Positions 19,926 through 29,178 of a DNA stretch of 64,000 nucleotides are shown piece by piece. Below the pieces are notes generated by a model. It was not told the DNA's origin and did no database searches. It saw nothing but the letters and a program-made list of their open reading frames with translations. Source of the stretch: an uncultured Fretibacterium sp. GTDB taxonomy: Bacteria > Synergistota > Synergistia > Synergistales > Aminobacteriaceae. The DNA is taken from contig CALGHA010000151.1 in the NCBI GenBank assembly GCA_937915835.1, positions 18,962 to 82,961 on the forward strand, read 5' to 3'. Numbering within the stretch: the first letter of the stretch is position 1; each line of letters starts with the position of its first letter. The position numbers and the translations under genes are program-made.

Positions 19926-21443
19926 ATGTGTATGACAATTCTCGTCGGGAAAAAAGCCTCATCAACCGGAGAAGTCCTAATCGCTCATAATGAGGACGCT
20001 CCAGGACGTTATATCATGCAAACTCATATTGTCAGCGAGAAACACAGAGAGCCGGGAAATTTCATCAAGTTTGAAGCTGATATGTCGAGTTTGGAACTTC
20101 CGGAAGAGCGCGCGGGGTTATTCTGGTCGGAAGCAAAAACTTTCAATCCTGAGAGGCCCGGCCCATCATTCTGCGATTTATACGTTAATAGCTATGGAGT
20201 TGTGATTTGCACGAACAACTGTGAATACTCGAAAGAAGACAAGCCCGAGTTGAAAAATGGCGGAATCGGCTACGGATTAAGAAGGCTCGTTGCTGAAAGG
20301 GCACATTCCGCGAAAGAGGCCGTGAAGATTGCGTGTGAACTCGTCGACGAATACGGCTATGCTTCAAGCGGAAGAAGTTATGCGTTTGCTGACAAGGACG
20401 AAATTTACGTTATGCAGATTGTTCACGGAAAACATTACGCGATTTCTAGAGTTCAAGACGATGAAGTCGCGGCAATCCCCAATCATTACACGATACATGA
20501 GCCGGAAAATTCGCAAGAGCTGATTGATTATGCGATTAAGCGGGGCTGGTATGAACCTGACGACGGAGCTTTTGACTTCGCGAAAGTTTATCAGGCCGAA
20601 AATTCGTATATGGTCGAGAAAAATATTTATCGGCATATTCGTGCGCTTGAGATTTTGCTTGATGAGAAATTCCCGGAAAATTCGCCCTTGCCGTTCTCGG
20701 TTAAGCCGTCGCGAAAAGTTAATATCGCAATGCTCAAGGAAATTTTACGTTCACATTATGAAGACGCTTCACACTTCACAAAGCCTTTGACAATTTGCAA
20801 CATTGACACGCTTGAAAGCACGATAATTGAGATTAAAGATAATCCCGAGAAAATAATTTTGCGTCGAGCATTAGGCCGTCCGTGTTGTTCGCCATATTTG
20901 ACGTGGGGGATTAATTCTGTTCGTGAGGGTTACGAGGAAAAAGAGCCGGAATTATCTTTAGCTGAACATTTCAAGACTAAGCCGGAAGATTTGGACTGGA
21001 AGGATAACGCGTGGTTTCGAGCGATGGAAATTCAGGCGGCATGTGATATTTGTCATTATAAGGCTGAAATTGTCCGTGAAAGAGTTGCAGAGTTCGAGGC
21101 AAAATCGGGCGATGAGTTATTCGACGAAAAGGAAGCTGAAAAATTTATGTGTTCGCTGAAGTCTGAGCTTGGAATTATTGACTGTGAAGCCGTCGGCAAA
21201 ATTGAGAAGGGAAAAAGTTTTCGGGTAAAAATTCCTGAGTGTATTAGTCTCGAAATCTCAGAATGTTTATGCGGGCCGTCATATCTTGATGTAAGCAAAT
21301 GGTCGAAGTGTTCAGGAATTAACGGTAACGAATTAACTTTTGAGGCTGGCGAATGGATTAATGACGCTGTACCGTGTTTCATGGATTTATACTTGAAACT
21401 TGGTAAAAATTGCGTAGGCTGTGTAAAAATTCAAGTCAGGTAA
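19926..21443 (+). CDS. Peptidase C69 family dipeptidase
   Basis: 505-aa ORF starting MCMTILVGKKASSTGEVLIAHNEDAPG. This is the N-terminal nucleophile Cys context typical of C69 dipeptidases. SD AGGAGA lies 10 nt upstream. Confidence 0.75.
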   Translation: MCMTILVGKKASSTGEVLIAHNEDAPGRYIMQTHIVSEKHREPGNFIKFEADMSSLELPEERAGLFWSEAKTFNPERPGPSFCDLYVNSYGVVICTNNCEYSKEDKPELKNGGIGYGLRRLVAERAHSAKEAVKIACELVDEYGYASSGRSYAFADKDEIYVMQIVHGKHYAISRVQDDEVAAIPNHYTIHEPENSQELIDYAIKRGWYEPDDGAFDFAKVYQAENSYMVEKNIYRHIRALEILLDEKFPENSPLPFSVKPSRKVNIAMLKEILRSHYEDASHFTKPLTICNIDTLESTIIEIKDNPEKIILRRALGRPCCSPYLTWGINSVREGYEEKEPELSLAEHFKTKPEDLDWKDNAWFRAMEIQAACDICHYKAEIVRERVAEFEAKSGDELFDEKEAEKFMCSLKSELGIIDCEAVGKIEKGKSFRVKIPECISLEISECLCGPSYLDVSKWSKCSGINGNELTFEAGEWINDAVPCFMDLYLKLGKNCVGCVKIQVR

Positions 21444-21460
21444 ACGCGCTCAGAAAAAAA

Positions 21461-21490
21461 TTGACGGCAAAATATAACACGTTCTATTTT
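21461..21490 (+). promoter_or_regulatory. Candidate sigma-70-type promoter of the thermonuclease gene, overlapping a 23-nt element shared with the guaB upstream region
   Basis: TTGACG (21461-21466), an 18-nt spacer, then TATTTT (21485-21490). Nucleotides 21469-21491 are identical to 52350-52372. Confidence 0.4.
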
Positions 21491-21524
21491 TATGACGAGA
21501 AAAAATGAAGGAGTGAAAAATTTT

Positions 21525-22118
21525 ATGGCGAAAAAGAAATCTCAAAGTGTAACCCTCGAAGACATAATCAAAATTGGCCCGAAGAAATTTATTGTTATCC
21601 TGATTGCGGCGGTAATCATGTACTTTTTCGGCGGCGATGACTTTTTGAACTTGAAGGACACAGAACAGGTTGATAATGACAATTCAGGCTTCACGACGGG
21701 AATTGTTACGCGGGTTGTTGATGGTGACACGGCAGTAATAAAAGTTGACGGTCAAGATATACGCGTTCGTTTTCTCGGTGTTGATACTCCGGAGACAGTT
21801 CACCCGAATAAGCCCGTGCAATATTACGGTAAAGAAGCAAGCAATTTCACGAAAGATTATCTCAACGGCAAACAAGTTTGGCTGGAATACGACGCTTCAC
21901 CGACTGACAGATATAACCGTCATTTAGCGTATATTTGGACATCGAAGCCGAAGACTATTAACGAAAGCACAATGCGTAAAGACATGTTCAACGCGAGATT
22001 ATTACTCGGAGGCTACGCAAAAGTCATGATAATCAAGCCTAATAAACGTTACGAAGATTTATTCAAGAAATTTGAGGCCGAAGCTAAGAACTCGCGTAAA
22101 GGTTTATGGGGCGAATAA
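21525..22118 (+). CDS. Thermonuclease (staphylococcal-nuclease-like), membrane-anchored or secreted
   Basis: SNase motifs VVDGDTAVIKVDG..IRVRFLGVDTPE and YGKEAS..RYNRHLAYIW, with an N-terminal hydrophobic anchor FIVILIAAVIMYFF. The track start is 21492. The in-frame ATG at 21525 follows AAGGAG (21508-21513), so I prefer it. Confidence 0.85.
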   Translation: MAKKKSQSVTLEDIIKIGPKKFIVILIAAVIMYFFGGDDFLNLKDTEQVDNDNSGFTTGIVTRVVDGDTAVIKVDGQDIRVRFLGVDTPETVHPNKPVQYYGKEASNFTKDYLNGKQVWLEYDASPTDRYNRHLAYIWTSKPKTINESTMRKDMFNARLLLGGYAKVMIIKPNKRYEDLFKKFEAEAKNSRKGLWGE

Positions 22119-22178
22119 AGCGTTATGTTATACTGAGAATTTGCAAAATATCATTATAATTCAGGAGGAAAATTTTTC

Positions 22179-22871
22179 ATGTTAGGTTATGGACTTGATC
22201 CGACTATGATTTTGTTAATCCCCGCAGTCTTATTGTCAATGTGGGCACAATCCCGCGTTCAGTCAACTTTCAATCAGTACAGCCAAATTGCCGCACGAGG
22301 AGGAGTTACAGCTGACAGCGTCGCAAGAATGCTTCTCACTCTCTACGGAATGGCCTCAATGCCGATTAATCACGTTGCCGGAAATCTCACGGACCATTAC
22401 GACCCTCGCAACAAGACGTTAAATTTATCCGACGGCGTTTATGGCAATCGAAGTATCGCGTCAATCGGAGTAGCGGCTCATGAAGTCGGTCACGCAATCC
22501 AACATCACGAGGCTTATTCACCGTTAATCTTTCGAAACTCAATCGTCCCGGTCGTAAATATCTGCTCGAGCGCGTCAATGCCCTTGTTCCTGATCGGCTT
22601 GGTCATGGGAAATCGTTTGCTCGTCAACATCGGAATTATGCTTTTCACGGGAGCTTTAGTGTTTCATCTTGTTACGCTTCCTGTCGAGATTAACGCGAGT
22701 TCACGGGCTTTAGCTTTACTCGAACAGACACACACGCTTGACCGCGAAGAATTGGCCGGAGCTAAGAAAGTTTTGACGGCGGCGGCTTGGACTTACATTG
22801 CGGCGGCTTTAATGTCAGTGTTGCAGTTAATCAGGCTAATTTTAATCAGCAAGTCATCACGGAGGAATTAA
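22179..22871 (+). CDS. Membrane zinc metallopeptidase, YugP/Zn_peptidase_2 family
   Basis: 230-aa ORF with a typical N-terminus (LIPAVLLSMWAQSRVQSTF), HEVGHAIQH and C-terminal TM segments. Confidence 0.8.
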   Translation: MLGYGLDPTMILLIPAVLLSMWAQSRVQSTFNQYSQIAARGGVTADSVARMLLTLYGMASMPINHVAGNLTDHYDPRNKTLNLSDGVYGNRSIASIGVAAHEVGHAIQHHEAYSPLIFRNSIVPVVNICSSASMPLFLIGLVMGNRLLVNIGIMLFTGALVFHLVTLPVEINASSRALALLEQTHTLDREELAGAKKVLTAAAWTYIAAALMSVLQLIRLILISKSSRRN

Positions 22872-22874
22872 CTT

Positions 22875-24206
22875 TTGCGCGGAATTGAAGCGGCCTTAAC
22901 GATATTAATTCATGACAACGGAACCGGCCAATTTCCAACGGAAGCATTAAGAAAACTCGCTGACCGTGAAAAAATGAAGGGGACTGATATATCCCTCGCG
23001 TCCTCGTTGATTTATATTGTGATGAGGCGTAAAGAACTCTGGGAAAAAATTGCCGGCGATTATCTTCGTTCACGTGAAAAACTTCCTGATCCCGTCGTAA
23101 TGGCCGTAACAATGGGAATTGGCGGACTTCTTGAGTTGCGTAGATTTTCAGGAGGAGTGTTGATTAACGGGATTATCGAATACCTCAAGCACAATAAATC
23201 CCTCGCAAAATATTCTTCGCTGGTCAACGCAATTCTTCATAAAGTCATCGAAGCTCCGGGAAACAAACTCGAAAAGTTCAGTAAGTCATCATCTCCCCAA
23301 GCCCGCGCAATGTTCGCTGGAGTTCCAACATGGACATTACCCGCATGGTCCCGAACTTGGAATAATTCTGAGTTGTTCGAGATTTTCGCGATGATGAATA
23401 ATCCCTCGTATTCGTCACTGAGAGTTTCGCCGGGAAAAAATTTTGAGAGTGAAGATTTAAGCTATCACGTCTCGGAATATTCAGGAGCAATAAATCTTCA
23501 TCAGTCAATTTTGCCGCTGAACGTTCCGGGCTTCAATGAGGGAATTTGCACGGTTCAGTCTGAAAGTTCGATATTGGCCGCGTCGCTTGTGAAAAAGTTT
23601 TATTCTGGGAAAAATATTATTCTCGACATGTGTTCGGGACGAGGGATTAAGGCCGGTCAAGTCTTGCAGGAAAATCCTGGCGCAAAAGTTGAATGCTGGG
23701 AATTATCAGAAAAACGCTCAAAGAGTGCTGAACATGAACTTGAAAGATTAGGCGTTCGGGACCGAGCGATTATGAAGGTTGGCGACGCGTTAAACCTTGA
23801 GCCGTTCGATAAAGTTTCGTTCGTAATGCTTGACGCTCCTTGTTCATGCTCCGGAACTTGGAACAGGAAGCCCGAATCAAAATGGCGGCTTGACTGGGGA
23901 AAATTTGACGCAATCGTTGACACTCAGAAAAAGCTGCTTGAACGTGCCGTGAACTTATGCGAGAGTGGAGGACATATTCTCTACATCACTTGCAGTTTAT
24001 TCAAACAGGAAAACGAAAACGTCATCGCCGAAGTCCTAGCGAAACATCAAGAATGCGCGGAAGTCTCAAGTTTTATCACATGGAACGAAAATTGCTTTAA
24101 GCGCGGCAAACCTTACGGAATTTACATTTTGCCGGTTAATTCTTGGCTCGACGGGTTTTATTGCTCGTTGATATTGAAACGTGAAAAAGGAGGATTGAGA
24201 ATTTGA
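22875..24206 (+). CDS. rsmB: 16S rRNA (cytosine-C5)-methyltransferase RsmB/Sun family
   Basis: 443-aa ORF with a TTG start 9 nt after GGAGG. It has an N-terminal NusB-like region and the NOL1/NOP2/Sun catalytic motifs DAPCSCSGTWNRKPE and YITCSLFKQENE. Confidence 0.85.
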   Translation: MRGIEAALTILIHDNGTGQFPTEALRKLADREKMKGTDISLASSLIYIVMRRKELWEKIAGDYLRSREKLPDPVVMAVTMGIGGLLELRRFSGGVLINGIIEYLKHNKSLAKYSSLVNAILHKVIEAPGNKLEKFSKSSSPQARAMFAGVPTWTLPAWSRTWNNSELFEIFAMMNNPSYSSLRVSPGKNFESEDLSYHVSEYSGAINLHQSILPLNVPGFNEGICTVQSESSILAASLVKKFYSGKNIILDMCSGRGIKAGQVLQENPGAKVECWELSEKRSKSAEHELERLGVRDRAIMKVGDALNLEPFDKVSFVMLDAPCSCSGTWNRKPESKWRLDWGKFDAIVDTQKKLLERAVNLCESGGHILYITCSLFKQENENVIAEVLAKHQECAEVSSFITWNENCFKRGKPYGIYILPVNSWLDGFYCSLILKREKGGLRI

Positions 24207-25417
24207 GAAGTCATAAAGGAGGCGTTGTTCTCTGGACATTATTCATCGTAACAGGAATAGTTTTTGCGTCCGGAGCTATTGCCGTCTACACCGTGTTCAT
24301 CAAGCCTGAAGGGAAATCTACAGTGCCGTCATTCAACAATCAATTTATCAGTGATGCCGTCGCTGAAGCTGAAAAATTAGGGCTCGTCGTTCAGCTTGAA
24401 AATGTCGCGTCAACTTTACCCGAAGGAAGAGTTTTAGCCCAAGCTCCTGATGCCGGAACTGAGTTGCGAAAAGGTCAAGTGATAATTCTTCAGGTCAGCA
24501 GAGGCGGAGAACTTTATGCTGTGCCCGACGTTCGCGGAAAAAGTTTAACGGACGCTCAGAACGAGATAAAATCTTCCGGGTTTGCTCTCGGCGATATCGT
24601 GAAAATTCGGGAGAATAATATTCAGGCCGGGAATGTCATAGCACAAAGCCCAGCACCTGACGTGAGAATTGGAAGCGGACGAAAAATTGACTTGCTCGTT
24701 CAGGACGGAACTCCTCAGAGTGAAATTGTCAAAGTTCCCGACGTTAATCGAATGTCCGAACAGGAAGCCCGTGATGCTCTTGACGCTGTCGGCTTGAAAG
24801 TTAATGCGATTGATAGAGTTTACAGCCCGTTAGTTCCTGAGGGATTAGCGATTGAGACCAGACCGGGAGCAGGAAGCACAATGCGTGCAGGTCAAGGAGT
24901 TACGCTCAAGCTCGCAAGTCAACGAAGGCCGGCAGGATTTATGGACGCTAATACGACATCGACGACGACGGCAAACGGAAGCGTCAGACGCGTAACAAGT
25001 CAGCCTAATTCTTCACAGTCAACAAATCAGGCTCCAGCTCAGACGCAAAATAATCAAGCTCAAGCGTCTCAACAGAAAACTTCAACGACAACAACGCCAG
25101 CCGTGACTACACAGAAAGCTCCAGCGTCAACTCCGGCTCCGGCTCCTCAGCAGAAAACGGCCGCGACTACTCCAGCAGCTTCACAGCCAGCTTCATCAGG
25201 AGGAAACAAGACAGCTAGAATACGTTATGTTGTGCCTCCGATTGCCAAGCCGATGAATTTACGCGTTGAACTCACGGATCCTTCGGGAAAACGCGACGTT
25301 CTCAATAAACAGGTCAGTGCGGGCGAGAACATTAACACGACGGCGAAATATTCTCAAGAATGCGTAATCACAATTTACTTAGGCGGCGCATCCGTCTGGC
25401 AGGAAAAACAGAGGTAA
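24203..25417 (+). CDS. PASTA-domain membrane protein (PrkC-like ectodomain without a kinase domain)
   Basis: TTG start 9 nt after GGAGG, overlapping the rsmB stop. A short cytoplasmic N-terminus and one TM (VVLWTLFIVTGIVFASGAIAVYTVF) are followed by three PASTA-like repeats (VPSFNNQ.., VPDVRGKSL.., VPDVNRMSE..). An S/T/Q/P/A-rich linker and a ~75-aa beta-rich C-terminal domain complete the protein. Confidence 0.8.
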   Translation: MRSHKGGVVLWTLFIVTGIVFASGAIAVYTVFIKPEGKSTVPSFNNQFISDAVAEAEKLGLVVQLENVASTLPEGRVLAQAPDAGTELRKGQVIILQVSRGGELYAVPDVRGKSLTDAQNEIKSSGFALGDIVKIRENNIQAGNVIAQSPAPDVRIGSGRKIDLLVQDGTPQSEIVKVPDVNRMSEQEARDALDAVGLKVNAIDRVYSPLVPEGLAIETRPGAGSTMRAGQGVTLKLASQRRPAGFMDANTTSTTTANGSVRRVTSQPNSSQSTNQAPAQTQNNQAQASQQKTSTTTTPAVTTQKAPASTPAPAPQQKTAATTPAASQPASSGGNKTARIRYVVPPIAKPMNLRVELTDPSGKRDVLNKQVSAGENINTTAKYSQECVITIYLGGASVWQEKQR

Positions 25418-25421
25418 TATC

Positions 25422-26105
25422 ATGCGTGAAATTTTACTTGCACCATCTTTATTAGGAGCAGACCCGTTAAATCTTGAAAGCTCGATTAAAGCGCTGAAAA
25501 ATAATTATGACTGGCTTCACTTGGACATTATGGACGGTCATTTTGTGAGAAATCTTTCATTCGGGCCGGACGTTGCAAAAGCTCTCAGGAAGAAATTTCC
25601 GGATGACTTTATCGACGCTCATTTGATGATTGACGAACTCGAAACTATTTTACCGTTGTTCATGAATGCCGGAGTTTCGTTAATCACAATTCATGCCGAG
25701 ACAGAACCGCATTTGCTTCATGCTTCACTCAGCGAGATTAAGCGTGCAGGAATTTTAGCAGGAGTTTCACTTTGTCCCCCAACTCCAGTGAGAAATATTG
25801 AGAGCGTCTTAGAATTGGCCGATTTAGTGTTAATCATGTCGGTAACGCCGGGCTTCGGAGGTCAGAAATTTATTGAGAGTTCACTTGAGAAAGTCAGGGA
25901 ATTAGCGAGCTTAAGAGAAGTTCATAAATATAATTACAAGATTGAGATTGACGGCGGAATAAATGAGAATAATATTACTCGTGCTGTACTTGCCGGCTGT
26001 GATGTGATTGTAGCAGGAAGCGCAGTGTTCAAGAACGAGAAACCTGATGAATGGCTTGAAAATGTCCGCAGAAAAATTAAGGAGGCAATGAAAGATTTTG
26101 AATGA
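25422..26105 (+). CDS. rpe: Ribulose-phosphate 3-epimerase
   Basis: 227-aa ORF. LAPSLLGADPLNL, HLDIMDGHFV.N.SFGP, MSV.PGFGGQKF and IEIDGG are classic Rpe motifs. Confidence 0.92.
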   Translation: MREILLAPSLLGADPLNLESSIKALKNNYDWLHLDIMDGHFVRNLSFGPDVAKALRKKFPDDFIDAHLMIDELETILPLFMNAGVSLITIHAETEPHLLHASLSEIKRAGILAGVSLCPPTPVRNIESVLELADLVLIMSVTPGFGGQKFIESSLEKVRELASLREVHKYNYKIEIDGGINENNITRAVLAGCDVIVAGSAVFKNEKPDEWLENVRRKIKEAMKDFE

Positions 26106-26967
26106 TGAGATGAATGATGCCTTGATAGCTTTGGGGCAGCAAGTATTAGAACGCCGTGAAAGTATCGGAATGACGCTCGAAACAGTATATGACAGAACGA
26201 AAATTAGGCCTGAATATTTGCGCGGAATTGAATCCGGAGATTATAAAGGTTTTCCCGAAGTCGTGTACATTAAGGGCTTTGTCCGGACATACTTGAAGTT
26301 AATCGGAGCTGAAGACTTGCAGGAAGATTTTATGAATGAGCTTGATAAACTCGACAAGACTAAATCACCTCGTAAGCAGGAGAACAAGCCTAACAACATC
26401 AGCAAAATTCTCAACAACGGCTCATCAATCCCGAAAGGTTTTAAGCCCGCCTCGCATTTCTGGTTATTCCTGGTGCTAATCACAGCTCTTCTCGGAACTG
26501 CCGCTTATGTCTGGTACGCGATAACTTACGGAGGATTTGACCCGAAAACGTTTGAGTTCTTCAAGTTCGGCAACAGCAATAATAATCCCCCGACAATAAT
26601 TTCATCAGGAGATTTAGGCGTAATCGTCGACGGAGAAATTGAGAGCGTAACACTTTCAGAAGATGAGACTGTCTCAGAAGAACCTGAAACTGAACCAGAG
26701 CCTTATATTGAAGTTCACGCAATTAATGACGTATGGATGAGTGTAGCTTTTGGGAATGCTCAGCCAATTTTCAGAAGGACTTTGAAGCGCGGTGAAGTTA
26801 TGCGATGGGATTTGACGAATTACGCCCGCATAAATTTTGGACGACCGAGTGCGGCACAAGTTATTCTTAACGGCAAAGATTTAGGCATAGTGAACCCGTC
26901 AGCGAAGAGATCCGAGACATATATTTACAATCCCGACGGAACTTTCAGACGCTCCGGCACAAGATAA
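26098..26967 (+). CDS. rodZ: RodZ-like cytoskeleton-associated protein (N-terminal HTH, TM, C-terminal DUF4115-like domain)
   Basis: 289-aa ORF. An XRE-type HTH (LGQQVLERRESIGMTLETVYDRTKIRPEYLRGIESGDY) is followed by one TM (FWLFLVLITALLGTAAYVWYAI). The C-terminal region is beta-rich. Confidence 0.65.
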   Translation: MNDEMNDALIALGQQVLERRESIGMTLETVYDRTKIRPEYLRGIESGDYKGFPEVVYIKGFVRTYLKLIGAEDLQEDFMNELDKLDKTKSPRKQENKPNNISKILNNGSSIPKGFKPASHFWLFLVLITALLGTAAYVWYAITYGGFDPKTFEFFKFGNSNNNPPTIISSGDLGVIVDGEIESVTLSEDETVSEEPETEPEPYIEVHAINDVWMSVAFGNAQPIFRRTLKRGEVMRWDLTNYARINFGRPSAAQVILNGKDLGIVNPSAKRSETYIYNPDGTFRRSGTR

Positions 26968-26979
26968 TGTAATTCACAC

Positions 26980-27017
26980 TCAGCAGGTTTATTTACGTAA
27001 TTGGCCTGCTGATTTTT
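26980..27017 (+). terminator. Rho-independent terminator after the rodZ-like gene
   Basis: UCAGCAGG (26980-26987) pairs with CCUGCUGA (27005-27012), leaving a 17-nt loop. UUUUU follows at 27013-27017. Confidence 0.55.
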
Positions 27018-27022
27018 ATTGC

Positions 27023-27051
27023 TTGAAACGAATGTTTTTAGGCGTTATCAT
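27023..27051 (+). promoter_or_regulatory. Candidate sigma-70-type promoter for lepB
   Basis: TTGAAA (27023-27028), a 17-nt spacer, then TATCAT (27046-27051). It lies about 50 nt upstream of the lepB ATG. Confidence 0.5.
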
Positions 27052-27103
27052 TTATTCTTCACTATTAAGAAATTACACACATGAACGGAGGAATTATTCA
27101 TAA

Positions 27104-27649
27104 ATGGCAGCTGAGGCAGTAAAACCCTGGTGGCGTGAGACAATTGAAACTATTATATGGGCATTCGTTCTAGCAATGATAATCCGGACTTTTATCGTTC
27201 AAGCATTCTGGATACCGAGCGGCTCAATGATTCCGACTTTGGAAGTTGGCGACCGAGTTTTAGTTGCGAAATTCTGGAACGTCTTCTTTGAACCTAAGCG
27301 CGGCTCACTTTACGTTTTTCGTTATCCTGTTGACAAGGAGCGTGATTTTGTGAAACGTTTAATAGCAGTTCCAGGTGACATTGTCGATATTCGAAACGGA
27401 ATTGTTTATATAAACGGCGAGCCTACGGATGAACCTTATGTGAAGCATCATGATTATTTCACTATGAGGCCGAGCAATCTTTTCCCTGAAGTTCCGTTCA
27501 AAGTTCCAGAGGGAAAATATTTCATGCTTGGTGATAATCGCAGCAATTCTCAGGACAGTAGATATTGGGGATTTGCAGATATTGACGACATGAGGGGGCC
27601 TGTATTCTTTCGTTACTGGCCGCTCGACAGAATAGGGATCCCGAAATAA
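27104..27649 (+). CDS. lepB: Signal peptidase I
   Basis: 181-aa ORF with the catalytic Ser box IPSGSMIPTL, the Lys box VKRLIAVPGD and GDNRSNSQDSRYWGF. Confidence 0.92.
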   Translation: MAAEAVKPWWRETIETIIWAFVLAMIIRTFIVQAFWIPSGSMIPTLEVGDRVLVAKFWNVFFEPKRGSLYVFRYPVDKERDFVKRLIAVPGDIVDIRNGIVYINGEPTDEPYVKHHDYFTMRPSNLFPEVPFKVPEGKYFMLGDNRSNSQDSRYWGFADIDDMRGPVFFRYWPLDRIGIPK

Positions 27650-27653
27650 TTTC

Positions 27654-28508
27654 ATGCCTCGAACAGTCTGGTATCCCGGCCATATGGCTCGTGGAACTCG
27701 AAAACTTTATGAACTCGTTAATAAACTTGACGTAATCGTTGAAGTTCGTGATGCCCGCGCTCCTGCGTCAACTTCTTCGCCGTTAATAAAATCTCTCGCG
27801 AAAATTAAGCCGGTAATTCATGTTTTGTCGCATAAAGATTTAGCTGAAGACGAAAAGTTAAAGTTATGGCTAAATTCGCTGAAGTTCACGTATTCTGCAG
27901 ATTTGAGAAAACGAGAAGGCCTCGCGAATATCAAGAAAGCAATCATGAAGTTCAAGCCGTCTCATCGTGAAGTTCGTCTTGCTGTCGTAGGAATTCCGAA
28001 CGTCGGGAAATCTTTATTGCTGAACTCGTTAATCGGCAAATCAAACGCTTCAGTCGGAAATATTCCGGGCGTAACTAAATCCGTGAGCTGGTACAAGAAC
28101 GAAGGAATGTTAATCGTCGACAGTCCAGGAATTTTAGACCCTCATGCTGAAGCCGGTGCGCATTTAATTCTTTCGTGGCTTGGATGTGCAAAAGCTGAAG
28201 TTGTCGGAGGTTATGAGAATGCCGCAATTTCCCTGATAAATTTTCTCACAGTGAAAAATCTTACGTCATTAATCCCCGTTGAAGCTGACGAAATCCCGGC
28301 TTTAACTCTTGAAGCAATCGGCCGAAAAATGGGTTGCTTAATCTCAGGTGGACGCGTGAATATGGAATTGGCCGGACAAAAATTTATCGAGGCGTTTTCA
28401 AGCGGGAAGTTCGGACGCGTGTGTCTTGAAGTTCCAGATGGCGAGCGGGCAATAGATTTTCATGACGATAACGATATGATAAATAATGAGGCAATTGACA
28501 TTGTTTAG
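27654..28508 (+). CDS. rbgA: Ribosome biogenesis GTPase A (YlqF/RbgA)
   Basis: 284-aa ORF starting WYPGHMARGTRKL, a circularly permuted GTPase (..DARAP.., VGIPNVGKSLLLNSL). Confidence 0.9.
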   Translation: MPRTVWYPGHMARGTRKLYELVNKLDVIVEVRDARAPASTSSPLIKSLAKIKPVIHVLSHKDLAEDEKLKLWLNSLKFTYSADLRKREGLANIKKAIMKFKPSHREVRLAVVGIPNVGKSLLLNSLIGKSNASVGNIPGVTKSVSWYKNEGMLIVDSPGILDPHAEAGAHLILSWLGCAKAEVVGGYENAAISLINFLTVKNLTSLIPVEADEIPALTLEAIGRKMGCLISGGRVNMELAGQKFIEAFSSGKFGRVCLEVPDGERAIDFHDDNDMINNEAIDIV

Positions 28509-29175
28509 AGATTTAATTCTGACACCTCGCGCAAATCTCGAAGAAGCTCATGAACTCTTGAGTGAACTCGTCAAGCGCGGCCCAATAATCGGAACTGACG
28601 AAGCTGGACGAGGAGCATTAGCAGGTCCTGTTGTTGCGGCGGCTGTGTATCTTACGGCTGAGCAGGAGAAGGAATTATTGAGGCTCAAGCTCCGGGATTC
28701 TAAGCTAATAACTCCGGCGGGGCGTGAAAAAATATTCGAGGCGATTAAGGATTTAGGCGTTTTGTGGCGTGCATATTCAGGAAGTGTTGAGAGAATTGAC
28801 AAGGATAATATCTTGCGGGCTTCGTTATGGACAATGAGCAAATGCGTGAATAAACTCGCTGAAAAACTTAATCTTGAACCGGCTTGTATAATTGTTGACG
28901 GAACAGAAAGGATCTCCGGGATAAAATTTCCGCAATGGACGTTAATAAAAGCCGATAATTTAATTCCTGTCGTGTCAGCCGCCTCAATCGTTGCAAAAGT
29001 TATTCGAGACAGATTAATGACCAAACTTGACGCTAAATATCCTGGCTATAATCTTGCGAAGAATAAGGGTTATCCGACGAAATTACACATGGAAGCAGTG
29101 AGAGTAAAAGGGATGTCGGAAATTCACAGGGAGACATTTTGCCGAAAAATTTTACGCACTCAAGGAGGGGAGTAA
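28486..29175 (+). CDS. rnhB: Ribonuclease HII
   Basis: 229-aa ORF with IGTDEAGRGALAGPVVAAAV, DSKLITP, ASIVAKV.RD and GYP. It overlaps the rbgA 3' end by 23 nt. Confidence 0.9.
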   Translation: MRQLTLFRDLILTPRANLEEAHELLSELVKRGPIIGTDEAGRGALAGPVVAAAVYLTAEQEKELLRLKLRDSKLITPAGREKIFEAIKDLGVLWRAYSGSVERIDKDNILRASLWTMSKCVNKLAEKLNLEPACIIVDGTERISGIKFPQWTLIKADNLIPVVSAASIVAKVIRDRLMTKLDAKYPGYNLAKNKGYPTKLHMEAVRVKGMSEIHRETFCRKILRTQGGE

Positions 29176-29178
29176 GAA

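Noticed and set aside
21492-22871. Thermonuclease plus zinc metallopeptidase as a toxin or defence gene pair.
   Set aside because: Both are common membrane-anchored housekeeping-type families, SNase and YugP. They are separated by a 60-nt spacer with its own SD and likely promoter, and no immunity or antitoxin-like small ORF is present.
28548-29024. A 158-aa reverse ORF inside rnhB. Similar antisense ORFs occur elsewhere, for example 45602-46009 in mreB, 21056-21382 in the C69 gene and 58079-58396 in the DMT gene.
   Set aside because: These are shadow ORFs opposite well-supported genes. They are Ser/Pro/Arg-rich nonsense-like sequences with no ribosome-binding sites.
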